A stretch of 64,000 bases of DNA from Egicoccus sp. Its GTDB lineage: Bacteria > Actinomycetota > Nitriliruptoria > Nitriliruptorales > Nitriliruptoraceae. Below are positions 52,539 to 61,943 of this stretch, piece by piece (the stretch's first letter is position 1; the number at the start of each line of letters is the position of its first letter). Made by a program: the position numbers and the translations under genes. The notes under the pieces are model-generated. The model saw only the letters and a program-made list of their open reading frames with translations. It did no database searches and was not told the DNA's origin. The DNA is taken from positions 1,575 to 65,574 of the forward strand of contig DATHUR010000130.1 in assembly GCA_035462025.1 (NCBI GenBank), written 5' to 3'.

Positions 52539-53750
52539 ATGACTGATGTGAAGCGACTCGAACTCGACCTGCCCTGGATGCAGGAGGTCCTGCTGGAGCT
52601 CCTGCGCGTCCCCAGCCCCTCGGGACGCACCGACGTGGTCATGCAGCACGTGGGCGAACGCCTCGAGGAGATCGGCCTGCCTTTCGAGGTCACCCGGCGG
52701 GGTGTCATGGTCGGCAGCCTCGACGGAGGCGAGGGCGACCTCGACCGCGCCGTGGTCATCCACACCGACACGATCGGGTGCATGGTCCAGCACCTCAAGG
52801 ACAACGGACGACTCGCGATCGTGCCGGTCGGCACCCACAGTGCCCGCTTCTCCGAGGGCAGCCGGGTCACGATCCTCACCGACGACCCCGAACACACCTA
52901 CACCGGCACGATCCTGCCGACCAAGGCCTCGGGTCATGCCTTCGGTGACGACGTCGACACCCACCCGATCGGCTGGGAACACGTCGAGGTACGCGTCGAC
53001 GAGCACGTCTCGACCGCGCAGGACCTCGCCGACCTCGGCATCCAGGTCGGTGACTTCGTGGCGCAGGTCGCCTTCCCGGTGATCAGCCGCAGCGGCTACG
53101 TGACCTCGCGTCACCTCGATGACAAGGCAGGTGTCGCGGCCACGCTGGCGGCCTTCAAGGCGGTGCTCGACGCGGGCCTGGAACTCGAGGTCGGCGCCCA
53201 CCTGCTGATCACGACCGCCGAGGAGGTCGGCCACGGCGCCTCTTCCGGGCTGTACCAGGACGTCGCCGAGCTGGTGTCGGTCGACGCCGCCGTCGTCGCG
53301 CCGGGTCAGCACTCGACCGAGACCGGCGTCTCGATCGCCATGCAGGACCTGCACGGTCCCTTCGACTACCACCTGTCACGCAAGCTGCACGGCCTCGCGA
53401 GGGCCCACGGCATCGAGGCGCACCGCGACGTGTTCCGCTTCTACCGCTCGGACGTCGCCTCGGCGCTCGAGGCCGGCGCCGAGACGCGCGCCGCGCTGGT
53501 CGGGTTCGGGGTCGACGCCACGCACGGCTGGGAGCGGACCCATCTCGACGCGCTCAGGGCCACCGGCGAGCTGTTGGCGCTGTACCTGCAGACCCCGTTG
53601 ACCTTCGCGAAGTGGGACGCGGAACGGGCTGGGCGCCTCAAGGACTTCCCGTCCACCGCCGTGCAGCCGGTGCGTCGCGAGCCCGAGTGGGACCCCGAGT
53701 CGCCCGACCTGCTCGAGGACGAGGGCTCGCCCGACGACTACCGGGCCTGA
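52539..53750 (+). CDS. M42 family peptidase (NAGGN-system-type)
   Basis: 403 aa. LLRVPSPSGRT, IHTDTIG, RHLDDKAG, TTAEEVGHG are M42/M20-clan metal-ligand motifs. Third member of the asnO/ngg/M42 trio. Confidence 0.78.
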   Translation: MTDVKRLELDLPWMQEVLLELLRVPSPSGRTDVVMQHVGERLEEIGLPFEVTRRGVMVGSLDGGEGDLDRAVVIHTDTIGCMVQHLKDNGRLAIVPVGTHSARFSEGSRVTILTDDPEHTYTGTILPTKASGHAFGDDVDTHPIGWEHVEVRVDEHVSTAQDLADLGIQVGDFVAQVAFPVISRSGYVTSRHLDDKAGVAATLAAFKAVLDAGLELEVGAHLLITTAEEVGHGASSGLYQDVAELVSVDAAVVAPGQHSTETGVSIAMQDLHGPFDYHLSRKLHGLARAHGIEAHRDVFRFYRSDVASALEAGAETRAALVGFGVDATHGWERTHLDALRATGELLALYLQTPLTFAKWDAERAGRLKDFPSTAVQPVRREPEWDPESPDLLEDEGSPDDYRA

Positions 53751-53846
53751 CGGCCGCGTCCTGCGGCAAATCCGCGGTCGTGTCACACCCGCTTCGTACG
53801 GTGAACCCTGCCCATCCCGGGCACCCGCCGAGGCAGGGGGACGCCG

Positions 53847-55049
53847 ATGCTCACGACCATGTTGACCGCCACGCTCGCCGCCGCCGCGGTCGGGCTCGCG
53901 GTGGCCTGGTGGATGTCGCGCCAGCAGCGCGACGACTCCCAGCAGTTGGTCGCCGACCTACGGGCCGAACTGCTCGCCCAGCAGCAGGCCGCGTCCGAGC
54001 ACGCGGCCCTGCGTCACCGTGACGACCTGCAGCAGGCGATCCAGACCCTGGTGGACGTGACCGGCCAGCAGGTCGCGGCGACGACCCGCTCGGGGGCGGC
54101 CGAACTGGACGGGCGCAAGGCCCTCATCGACGCCGAACTGCAGCGGATGGGCACCACGCTCGGCCAGGTGGTCGAACTGGTGCAGAAGCTCGAGTCCGAA
54201 CGCGCCGACCAGCTCGGCCAGGTCCGCGAGCAGCTGCAGGGCGTCACCCGCACCCATGCGCAGCTCGCGCAGACCACGGGCGCGATCCGCGAGGCGCTGA
54301 CGTCGTCGCAGGCGCGCGGGCAGTGGGGCGAGCGGATGGCCGAGGACGTGCTCAGCGCGGCCGGGTTCAAGCACGGTGTCAACTACGTCACCCAGCGCAC
54401 CCTGCCCTCGGGCAGCCGCCCCGACGTGACCTTCCTGCTGCCCGGTGACCTGTCGCTGCACATGGACGTGAAGTTCCCCCTCGCCAACTACCTGGCGATG
54501 CTCGAGTGCGACGGCGAGGCCGACACCGAGCGCTGCCGCAAGCTGTTCCTGCGCGACGTGCGCGGCCGGGTGAAGGAGCTCGCGACCCGCGGGTACGTCG
54601 ACCCACAAGCGGGGACGGTCGACTTCGTGCTGCTGTTCCTGCCAAACGAGTACGTCTTCGGCTACGTCCACGAGCAGGACACCGCGCTGCTCGACGATGC
54701 GCTGCGCCAGGGTGTGGTGATGTGCTCACCCTCGACGCTGTTCGCCGTCCTCGCGGTCGTGCGACAGGCCTGCGACGGGGTCGCATTGCAGCGCACCTCC
54801 GACCAGATCGTGGGGCTGCTGTCGGGATTCACCGAGCAGTGGGGCCGCTACACCGAGGAGGTCGACAAGCTCGGCCGGCAACTCGACACGGTGCGCCGCA
54901 CCTTCGACGGGTTGGCCACCACGCGCCGCCGGCAGATGGAACGCCAGCTCGAACGGGTCGAGGAGGTCCGCGAACAGCGCGGCATCGAGCCGATCACGAT
55001 CGACGAACGCCCGCGCCTGCTGCGCCTGCCCGACGTGTCGGCGGGCTGA
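53847..55049 (+). CDS. rmuC: DNA recombination protein RmuC
   Basis: N-terminal TM, long coiled coil, QWGERMAEDVL, RPDVTFLLPG...MDVKFPL, LFLPNE. Confidence 0.88.
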   Translation: MLTTMLTATLAAAAVGLAVAWWMSRQQRDDSQQLVADLRAELLAQQQAASEHAALRHRDDLQQAIQTLVDVTGQQVAATTRSGAAELDGRKALIDAELQRMGTTLGQVVELVQKLESERADQLGQVREQLQGVTRTHAQLAQTTGAIREALTSSQARGQWGERMAEDVLSAAGFKHGVNYVTQRTLPSGSRPDVTFLLPGDLSLHMDVKFPLANYLAMLECDGEADTERCRKLFLRDVRGRVKELATRGYVDPQAGTVDFVLLFLPNEYVFGYVHEQDTALLDDALRQGVVMCSPSTLFAVLAVVRQACDGVALQRTSDQIVGLLSGFTEQWGRYTEEVDKLGRQLDTVRRTFDGLATTRRRQMERQLERVEEVREQRGIEPITIDERPRLLRLPDVSAG

Positions 55050-55052
55050 CGG

Positions 55053-55826
55053 ATGGCGCGGACCCCGCGTCGCCACGACGCCGATGCGGGCGGTGACCCC
55101 GACCTGCTCGAGCGCAAGGCGCAGTTGCGCGTCCGTACCTGGGACGCGCTCGCAGCCGCCAAGGTCAGCCGGTTTCCGGGAGCGCACCACCGCATCAGCA
55201 ACTTCGTCGGCGCCGAGGCCGCCGCGGAACGGCTGCGCGGGACCGACGAGTGGGCGGCCGCGGCGACGATCAAGGCCAATCCCGACAGTCCCCAATGGCC
55301 GGTCCGTCAGCGTGCCCTCGAGGACGGCAAGCTGGTCTACATGGCGGTTCCCCGCCTGGCCGGGGCCGACCCCTTCTTCCTGCTCGACCCCGACCACCTC
55401 GCCGACACGCCGCGAAAAGCCTCGTCGATCAAGGGGGCGACCGCGAGCGCCCGCACGGTCGCGGTCGCCGACCTCGAGCCGGTCGACCTGGTCGTCACCG
55501 GGTGCGTCGCCGTCGCCGAGGACGGCACCCGGCTGGGCAAGGGCGGCGGGTTCAGCGACCTCGAGTTCGCGTTGGCCTGCGAGGCGGGCATGATCGGCCC
55601 CGCGACGCTGGTGGCCACGACCGTCCACGAGCTGCAGGTCCTGCCTGCGGGCACGATCCCGCGCACCGGCCACGACGTCCGCGTCGACCTGGTCGTCACG
55701 CCCGACCACGTGCTGCGGGTACCACGCGAAGGGCAGTGGCGCCCCGCTTCGATCAGGTGGGACGAGCTCACCGACGACAAGATCGCCGCGATTCCACTGC
55801 TGGCCGAACTCGCCCGCAATCGCTGA
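55053..55826 (+). CDS. 5-formyltetrahydrofolate cyclo-ligase family protein
   Basis: DLVVTGCVAVAEDGTRLGKGGGFSDLEF. Starts 3 nt after the rmuC stop. Confidence 0.7.
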   Translation: MARTPRRHDADAGGDPDLLERKAQLRVRTWDALAAAKVSRFPGAHHRISNFVGAEAAAERLRGTDEWAAAATIKANPDSPQWPVRQRALEDGKLVYMAVPRLAGADPFFLLDPDHLADTPRKASSIKGATASARTVAVADLEPVDLVVTGCVAVAEDGTRLGKGGGFSDLEFALACEAGMIGPATLVATTVHELQVLPAGTIPRTGHDVRVDLVVTPDHVLRVPREGQWRPASIRWDELTDDKIAAIPLLAELARNR

Positions 55827-55880
55827 CGGACGCGGCTGACCGCGGGTTCACGCCGCCGCTCGGTACCGGCGCGAAACCCC

Positions 55881-55920
55881 TTGACCCGCTCCGGAACCAC
55901 TGTTAGTTTTGTTTCCTAAC
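55881..55920 (+). promoter_or_regulatory. sigma-70-like promoter with overlapping AT-rich inverted repeat upstream of the ROK regulator
   Basis: TTGACC (55881..55886), 17 nt, TAGTTT (55904..55909). GTTAG-N9-CTAAC at 55902..55920. The only markedly AT-rich patch I noticed on reading the window. Confidence 0.5.
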
Positions 55921-55960
55921 GAAGTTCGGTCGGGAGGCTGGACGGCCTGGGGAGGCGGAC

Positions 55961-57130
55961 GTGACCGAGGTGTTGGCTGGGCCGCTGCGTTCGGTTCGCG
56001 CCGCGTCGGGCCAGGACGCCCGCGAGGTCAACCGTCGTTCGGTGCTCCACGCCGTCGCATCGGGGGCCGCCGTCACCCGTGCGGATCTCGCCCGTCTCAC
56101 CGGCCTGACCCGCCCGACCGTGTCCTCGCTGATCGATCAACTCGTGACCGAGGGCCTCGTGATCGAGGTCGGGCAGGGGATCTCGGCCGGTGGCAAGCGG
56201 CCCACGCTGTTGGCGATCGACGCGGGTGCACGCCAGGTCATCGCGGTCGACGTGAGCTCGGACCCGGTGGTCGCCGTGCTCAGCGATCTCGGCGGGACCG
56301 AGATCGCGTCGCGCCATCTGCCCGATGCACTGCACGGCGACGACCTCGTGGACGCCCTCGCGACCGTGATCGCCGGCCTCGCGGACGCGGCGACCGCACC
56401 CCTGGCCGGGGTCGGGGTCGGCACGCCCGGCCTCGTCGACGCCGACGGCACCGTGGTCGAGGCGCCCAACCTCGGCTGGCACGACCGGCCACTGGGTCGG
56501 GAGTTGCGCGCACGCACCGGCCTGCCGGTCTGGGTCGCCAACGACGCCGACGCGGCTGCCCTGGTCGAGTTCGGACGGCTTCCCGAGGAACGCGACGGCC
56601 TGGTGCTCGTGCGCATCGGCGTCGGCGTCGGCGCCGGGCTCGTGCTGGGCGGCCGCCCGTATCCCGGTGGCCGCGCCGCCGCCGGCGAGATCGGCCACCT
56701 CGTCGTCGTGCCCGACGGGCCGGCGTGCTCGTGTGGGAACCGCGGCTGCCTCGAGACCGTGGCGGGCCTGCGCCCGATCCTGGCCGCCGGCGGACTCGAC
56801 CCGGCGCACCCGCCGGCCGATCTCACGACCCTGCTCGACGCGGGCGGCGACGCCGTCGGCGACGCGCTCGAGGTGGCGGCGACCCACCTCGGCGCCGTGG
56901 TCGCACACCTCGTCGCGATCCTCGACGTCGCCGACGTCGTGCTGTCCGTCGAGGTGGCGGGTCTCGGTGAGGTGCTGGCCGAACAGGTCGGTGCCGTGGT
57001 GCGTCAACGGCTGCTGCCCCGCCTGGCCGAGGACGTCCGCGTGCGCAGTGCCGCGGACGCCGACGGCCTCGTCCTGGACGGCGCCCATGCCCTGGTGCTG
57101 GCCGGTTCGCTCGGGATGGTGCGGCCATGA
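55961..57130 (+). CDS. ROK family transcriptional regulator
   Basis: GTG after ggaggcggac. N-terminal wHTH (VTRADLARLTGLTRPTVSSLIDQL). ROK Zn motif GHLVVVPDGPACSCGNRGCLE. Confidence 0.85.
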   Translation: MTEVLAGPLRSVRAASGQDAREVNRRSVLHAVASGAAVTRADLARLTGLTRPTVSSLIDQLVTEGLVIEVGQGISAGGKRPTLLAIDAGARQVIAVDVSSDPVVAVLSDLGGTEIASRHLPDALHGDDLVDALATVIAGLADAATAPLAGVGVGTPGLVDADGTVVEAPNLGWHDRPLGRELRARTGLPVWVANDADAAALVEFGRLPEERDGLVLVRIGVGVGAGLVLGGRPYPGGRAAAGEIGHLVVVPDGPACSCGNRGCLETVAGLRPILAAGGLDPAHPPADLTTLLDAGGDAVGDALEVAATHLGAVVAHLVAILDVADVVLSVEVAGLGEVLAEQVGAVVRQRLLPRLAEDVRVRSAADADGLVLDGAHALVLAGSLGMVRP

Positions 57131-58134
57131 CCGTGACCTCCACCCCGCTCGCGGACGGCGCCCGGCCGGGCGCGTCCGTCGCGGTCACGGTCGGTGTCGA
57201 CATCGGCGGCACCACGACCGAGGTCGTGCGGGTGGGGCCCGGCGGCGACATCGAGGCACACGCGGTGGTGCCGACCCGGCCGGGGCCGGGACTGCTGGAC
57301 TCCACCGTCGCCGCGATCCGCGAGGTCGCACCCGACGGCGTCGTCGACCGCATCGGGGTCGGCGTGCCCGGACAGGTCGACCGCCACGACGGCTCGGTCG
57401 CGTTCGCCGTCAACCTCGGCCTCGGCCGTGACCGCCTCGATCTCGGCGCCCGGCTGGCCGAGATCTTCGACGCGACCGTCGAGGTCGAGAACGACGTCCG
57501 GGTCGCGGCACTGGGCGCCCACGCCCATCTCGCGCCGGACGCCGGGGTGCTGGTCTTCCTCGGACTCGGCACCGGCGTGTCGGCCGGCGTCGTGATCGAT
57601 GGACGCATCCACCGCGGGCGGGACGGGATGGCCGGCGAGATCGGCCACGTCGTGGTCGACCCGACGGGCCCGGTGTGCCCATGCGGGCAACGCGGCTGCC
57701 TCGAGGCCCTGGTCTCGGGCGGTGCGTTGCGCCGCCGCTGGCCGACCGGCGGGGACGAGGCCGCCGCGCACCTGTTCGAACAGGCCGCGGCCGGCGACCC
57801 CGCCGCGATCGCGCTCCGCGACGAGGTGGTCGGTCACCTGACGACCGCACTGACCTGGCTCGTGGCCGCCTACGGGGCGGACCTGGCCGTCCTCGGCGGC
57901 GGCGTCGGGCGCATCGGTGCCCCGCTGCTCGCCGCGATCCACACGCGGCTCGAGGACGTTGCTTCGCGCTCGGAGGTGGCGGGCTTCCTGCTCGGCCCCG
58001 AGCACATCAGATGTGCGCCGGCGGATGGCCCGCTCGGCGCGGTGGGTGCGGCCGCGTTGGTGGGAGCCACCACGCGGCCTCTGGATGAGGCGGCGGCACG
58101 TGTCGCCGCGCTGAATCGAGCCGCGTCGGGCTGA
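57127..58134 (+). CDS. ROK family sugar kinase (possible GlcNAc/glucose kinase)
   Basis: ATGA overlap with the regulator. VGVDIGGTT ATP motif. GHVVVDPTGPVCPCGQRGCLE. No HTH. Confidence 0.8.
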   Translation: MTVTSTPLADGARPGASVAVTVGVDIGGTTTEVVRVGPGGDIEAHAVVPTRPGPGLLDSTVAAIREVAPDGVVDRIGVGVPGQVDRHDGSVAFAVNLGLGRDRLDLGARLAEIFDATVEVENDVRVAALGAHAHLAPDAGVLVFLGLGTGVSAGVVIDGRIHRGRDGMAGEIGHVVVDPTGPVCPCGQRGCLEALVSGGALRRRWPTGGDEAAAHLFEQAAAGDPAAIALRDEVVGHLTTALTWLVAAYGADLAVLGGGVGRIGAPLLAAIHTRLEDVASRSEVAGFLLGPEHIRCAPADGPLGAVGAAALVGATTRPLDEAAARVAALNRAASG

Positions 58135-58176
58135 GCCCGCCGGCACCAGCAACACGAAGATGGATGGAGAGGGACC

Positions 58177-59661
58177 ATGCGTAGAGGGATGCGAGCGGCG
58201 CTCGCGGCGGGGGCAGCCATCGCGCTGCTTGCCGGCGCATGCGCGAACCCGGAGGACGATGCCGAGGAGGGCAGCGGCACCGACACCAGCGAGGAACCCA
58301 CCGAGGAGGCTGCGGCCACCGAGGACGACAGCGACACCGAGGGTGACGACGAGGGCGGCGAGCCGCCGTTCGACGTGCCCGAGGGCTACACCCATCTCGC
58401 CGCGGCGCTCGACGGCGCCCACGACGGCGAGAGCGTCACGATCATGAGCCAGTGGATCGCCGAGGACGGCGAGCGCTTCCGCGAGGCGCTGCGCCCGTTC
58501 GAGGAGGCGACCGGTATCACCGTCCAGATGGACGGCGTCGCCGACTACACCACCACCCTGGTCGCCCGGGCCGAGGGCGGCAACCCGCCCGACGTCGCCC
58601 AGGTCGCCCAGCCGGGCCTGATGCGGACGCTGGCCGACAACGGCCACCTCGTCCCGCTCGACGACTGGATGGACACCGCGCAACTCGCCGGCGACTTCGG
58701 TGACGCCTGGATCGAGATGACCAGCGCCGACGGCAGCACCTACGGCATCACGTGGGGCGCCTTCACCAAGTCGGTGGTCTGGTACCCGGCGAAGGCGTTC
58801 GAGGAGGCCGGCTACGCGGTGCCAACCACGTGGGACGAACTGATCGCGCTGTCGGACGAGATCAAGGCGACCGGCGACGCCCCCTGGTGCATCAGCGTCG
58901 AGCAGGGTGACGCGAGCGGCTGGCCGGCGACCGACTGGGTCGAGGACGTGCTGCTGCGCACCGCACCGCCGGAGGTCTACGACGAGTGGGCCAGCGGCCA
59001 GCGCGACTTCTCCGACCCCGAGGTCGCCGCCGCGTTCGACAAGACCGCCGAGATCCTGTTCACCGACGGCTACGCCTACGGCGGGCCGACCTGGATGAAC
59101 GAGACCTGGGTCGGTTCGACCCCGCTGCCGATGTTCCACGGTCAGGACGGACCTGACTGCTGGTTCCACAAGCAGGCCACCTGGATCGCCGACTTCTTCC
59201 TCGCCGACCCCAACGCTCCGGCCGACGACCCCGAGTCCGAGCGCCTGGCGCCGGGCGAGGACGCGAAGTTCTTCGTCCTGCCCGGGATCGACGAGGCCTA
59301 CGGCACCCCGGTGCTCGGCGCCGCCGACCAGTTCGTGGCGTTCAACGACCGCGAGCCGGTGCGTGCGCTGCTCGAGTACCTGGCCACCCCGACCGCGGTC
59401 GAACCGATGATCGCCGCCGGCGGGTTCATCTCGCCCAACGAGAGCGTGCCCGACGACTGGTACCAGGACTACTCGTCGCAGGCGTCCGCGGCCATCCTGG
59501 CCGAGGCGACCACGCTGCGCGACGACGCGTCCGACTCGATGCCGGCCGCGGTCGGTTCGAGCTTCAACTCCGCGATGGTGGACTGGATCCGCGCGAACGG
59601 CCAGAACACCGACGAGATCCTGGCGCGCCTCGACGCCGTCGACTGGGAGGGCGAGGAGTAG
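58177..59661 (+). CDS. sugar ABC transporter substrate-binding lipoprotein with acidic linker
   Basis: Lipobox LLAGC, then a DE-rich linker (EDDAEEGSGTDTSEEPTEE...). CUT1-type SBP body. Confidence 0.82.
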   Translation: MRRGMRAALAAGAAIALLAGACANPEDDAEEGSGTDTSEEPTEEAAATEDDSDTEGDDEGGEPPFDVPEGYTHLAAALDGAHDGESVTIMSQWIAEDGERFREALRPFEEATGITVQMDGVADYTTTLVARAEGGNPPDVAQVAQPGLMRTLADNGHLVPLDDWMDTAQLAGDFGDAWIEMTSADGSTYGITWGAFTKSVVWYPAKAFEEAGYAVPTTWDELIALSDEIKATGDAPWCISVEQGDASGWPATDWVEDVLLRTAPPEVYDEWASGQRDFSDPEVAAAFDKTAEILFTDGYAYGGPTWMNETWVGSTPLPMFHGQDGPDCWFHKQATWIADFFLADPNAPADDPESERLAPGEDAKFFVLPGIDEAYGTPVLGAADQFVAFNDREPVRALLEYLATPTAVEPMIAAGGFISPNESVPDDWYQDYSSQASAAILAEATTLRDDASDSMPAAVGSSFNSAMVDWIRANGQNTDEILARLDAVDWEGEE

Positions 59662-59730
59662 CCAGCAAGGTCTCGGGCGCTCTGGTCGACCTCGTCGGTC
59701 CGGGGTCCCCGGGAATCACCCACCCGGGAT

Positions 59731-59758
59731 GCCGGGCCGCGCCAAGCCGCGGCCCGGC
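59731..59758 (+). other. intercistronic stem-loop between SBP and permease genes
   Basis: gccgggccgcg-ccaagc-cgcggcccggc: perfect 11-bp stem, 6-nt loop. Confidence 0.5.
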
Positions 59759-59790
59759 ACCCCGACCGCCGCCAGGGAGGAGGTGCGCAG

Positions 59791-60981
59791 GTGGCCAGCC
59801 ACACGATCACCGACCGGACCCGACGCGGCCGCCGCCTCGCCCGTGCCGTCGCGACGGTGGCGTCCCTCGCCCTCGTCGTCGTCCTGCTGTGGTGGAGCGT
59901 CGGCTTCCTGGCCGACCCGCTCGCGACCGACCGGGCCGTCGCCCGCATCCTCGGGCTCGTCGGCGCCGACGCGTCCGCCGACGCGATCCTGAACCGCGGG
60001 CTGACTCCCGTGTCGCGCAAGCTCGGCGGCGCCGTCGTCGCCCTGCTGGTCGGGGTCGTCGGCGTCTGGGCCCTGTTCGTCTCGGCGAACGCCACCATCG
60101 ACGCCGTCCTCGGCGAGAAGGTGCGCGAGAAGGTCCGCCCCTGGCTGTTCGTCGGGCCGGCCGTCGCGCTGATCGCGCTCTACCTCGTGGTCCCGACCTT
60201 CAACACCATCCGCACCAGCCTCACCGACCAGGCGGGCGGCTTCACGCTCGGCCACTACCGCTTCGCGTTCACCGACCCGTCGATGCTGCTCGCCTTCCGC
60301 AACAACGTGCTGTGGCTGGTCCTGGGCACGTTCGGCAGCGTGATGATCGGCGTCGGGTTCGCCGCGCTCGTCGACCGCCTCAAGCGCGAGGCGCTGGCCA
60401 AGACCTTCATCTTCCTGCCCATGGCGATCTCGTTCGTCGGTACCAGCGTCATCTGGCGGTTCGTCTACGCCTGGCAGCCACCTGGCCGGCCGCAGACCGG
60501 CCTGCTCAACGCCATCGTCACGGGCCTGGGGTTCGAGGCGGTCCCGGTGCTCTCGGTCAGCCCGCTCAACACCGTCGCGCTGATCGTGGTCATGATCTGG
60601 CTGCAGACCGGCTTCGCCATGGTGATCTTCTCGGCCGCGATCAAGTCCGTGCCGTCCGAGGTGATCGAAGCCGCGCGGCTCGACGGCGCCGGGGAGTTCA
60701 CGATCTTCCGCCGCATCGTGGTGCCGATGATCCGCGGCACGATCCTGACCGTCGCGACCACGATCTTCATCGCGATCCTCAAGGTGTTCGACATCGTGTG
60801 GGTCATGGGGCGCGGCGGCAACTTCGACACCGAGGTGGTCGCCACCCGGATGTTCAAGGAGATGTTCCAGTTCCAGAACTTCGGGCGCGCCAGTGCCCTG
60901 GCCGTGATCCTGCTGGTCGTGGTCGTGCCGGCCATGGTGATCAACATCCGCAACATGCACCGGCAGGGGGTGGGCGCATGA
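59791..60981 (+). CDS. sugar ABC transporter permease (MalF-like, extended N-terminus)
   Basis: GTG after gggaggagg. EAA-like loop EAARLDGAGEFTIFRRIVVPM. Extra N-terminal TM pair. Confidence 0.85.
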   Translation: MASHTITDRTRRGRRLARAVATVASLALVVVLLWWSVGFLADPLATDRAVARILGLVGADASADAILNRGLTPVSRKLGGAVVALLVGVVGVWALFVSANATIDAVLGEKVREKVRPWLFVGPAVALIALYLVVPTFNTIRTSLTDQAGGFTLGHYRFAFTDPSMLLAFRNNVLWLVLGTFGSVMIGVGFAALVDRLKREALAKTFIFLPMAISFVGTSVIWRFVYAWQPPGRPQTGLLNAIVTGLGFEAVPVLSVSPLNTVALIVVMIWLQTGFAMVIFSAAIKSVPSEVIEAARLDGAGEFTIFRRIVVPMIRGTILTVATTIFIAILKVFDIVWVMGRGGNFDTEVVATRMFKEMFQFQNFGRASALAVILLVVVVPAMVINIRNMHRQGVGA

Positions 60982-61943
60982 CGGCCGTCGTCCCGCCCCG
61001 CACCGTCGAGTCGCCCGCGTCGGAGCGGCGCCGCAGCGCCGGCGGCCCGCCCCGGCGTCTGCGCTGGCGCCGGGCCGGTGCCGATCGCTCGGCCCGCGAG
61101 CCCGGTCGCCGGTCCCTGCTGGTCCGCGTCGTGGTCGTGCTCATCGCGTTCGTCTGGTCGCTGCCGACTGCGGGCCTGTTGATCAGCTCCCTGCGGCCGG
61201 CCGGCGCCATCGCCACCAGCGGCTGGTGGACCGCGATCGCGCATCCGTTCGAGACGTCGCAGTGGACGCTGGCCAACTACGCCAGCGTGCTGGCCGACCG
61301 CGGCATGTTCGACGCGTTCGTGAACTCGCTGGTGATCGCCATCCCGGCCACCGTCATCCCGATCAGCCTCGCCGCCTTCGCGGCCTACGCGTTCGCCTGG
61401 ATCGACTTCCCGGGACGCAAGGTGCTGTTCGCGGTCGTGGTCGGTCTGCTGGTCGTGCCGCTGCAGATGACGCTGGTCCCGCTGCTGCAGCTCTACGTCA
61501 GCTGGGACCTGACCGGCACCTATCTCGGCACCTGGCTCGCCCACACCGGCTTCGGCCTGCCTATGGCGATCTTCCTGCTGTACAACTACGTCGCCGACCT
61601 GCCCAAGGAACTCATGGAGGCCGCCTACGTCGACGGCGCGAGCCACTTCGGCGCGTTCATCCGGCTCGTGCTGCCGCTGGCCGCACCGGTCCTGGCCGCG
61701 TTCGCGATCTTTCAGTTCCTGTGGGTCTGGAACGACTTCCTCGTCGCCTACATCTTCCTCGGCACCGGTTCGGAGGTCGCCGTGCTCACCGCGCAACTGC
61801 AGCAGCTGGTCGGGACCCGTGGCGAGGACTGGCACCTGCTGACCGCCGGCGCCTTCGTGTCGATGGTCGTTCCGCTGGTCGTCTTCCTCGCCATGCAGCG
61901 CTACTTCGTGCGTGGGCTGCTGACCGGCGGTGTCAAGGGATGA
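60978..61943 (+). CDS. sugar ABC transporter permease (MalG-like)
   Basis: ATGA overlap. EAAYVDGASHFGAFIRLVLPL EAA loop. Confidence 0.85.
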   Translation: MTAVVPPRTVESPASERRRSAGGPPRRLRWRRAGADRSAREPGRRSLLVRVVVVLIAFVWSLPTAGLLISSLRPAGAIATSGWWTAIAHPFETSQWTLANYASVLADRGMFDAFVNSLVIAIPATVIPISLAAFAAYAFAWIDFPGRKVLFAVVVGLLVVPLQMTLVPLLQLYVSWDLTGTYLGTWLAHTGFGLPMAIFLLYNYVADLPKELMEAAYVDGASHFGAFIRLVLPLAAPVLAAFAIFQFLWVWNDFLVAYIFLGTGSEVAVLTAQLQQLVGTRGEDWHLLTAGAFVSMVVPLVVFLAMQRYFVRGLLTGGVKG

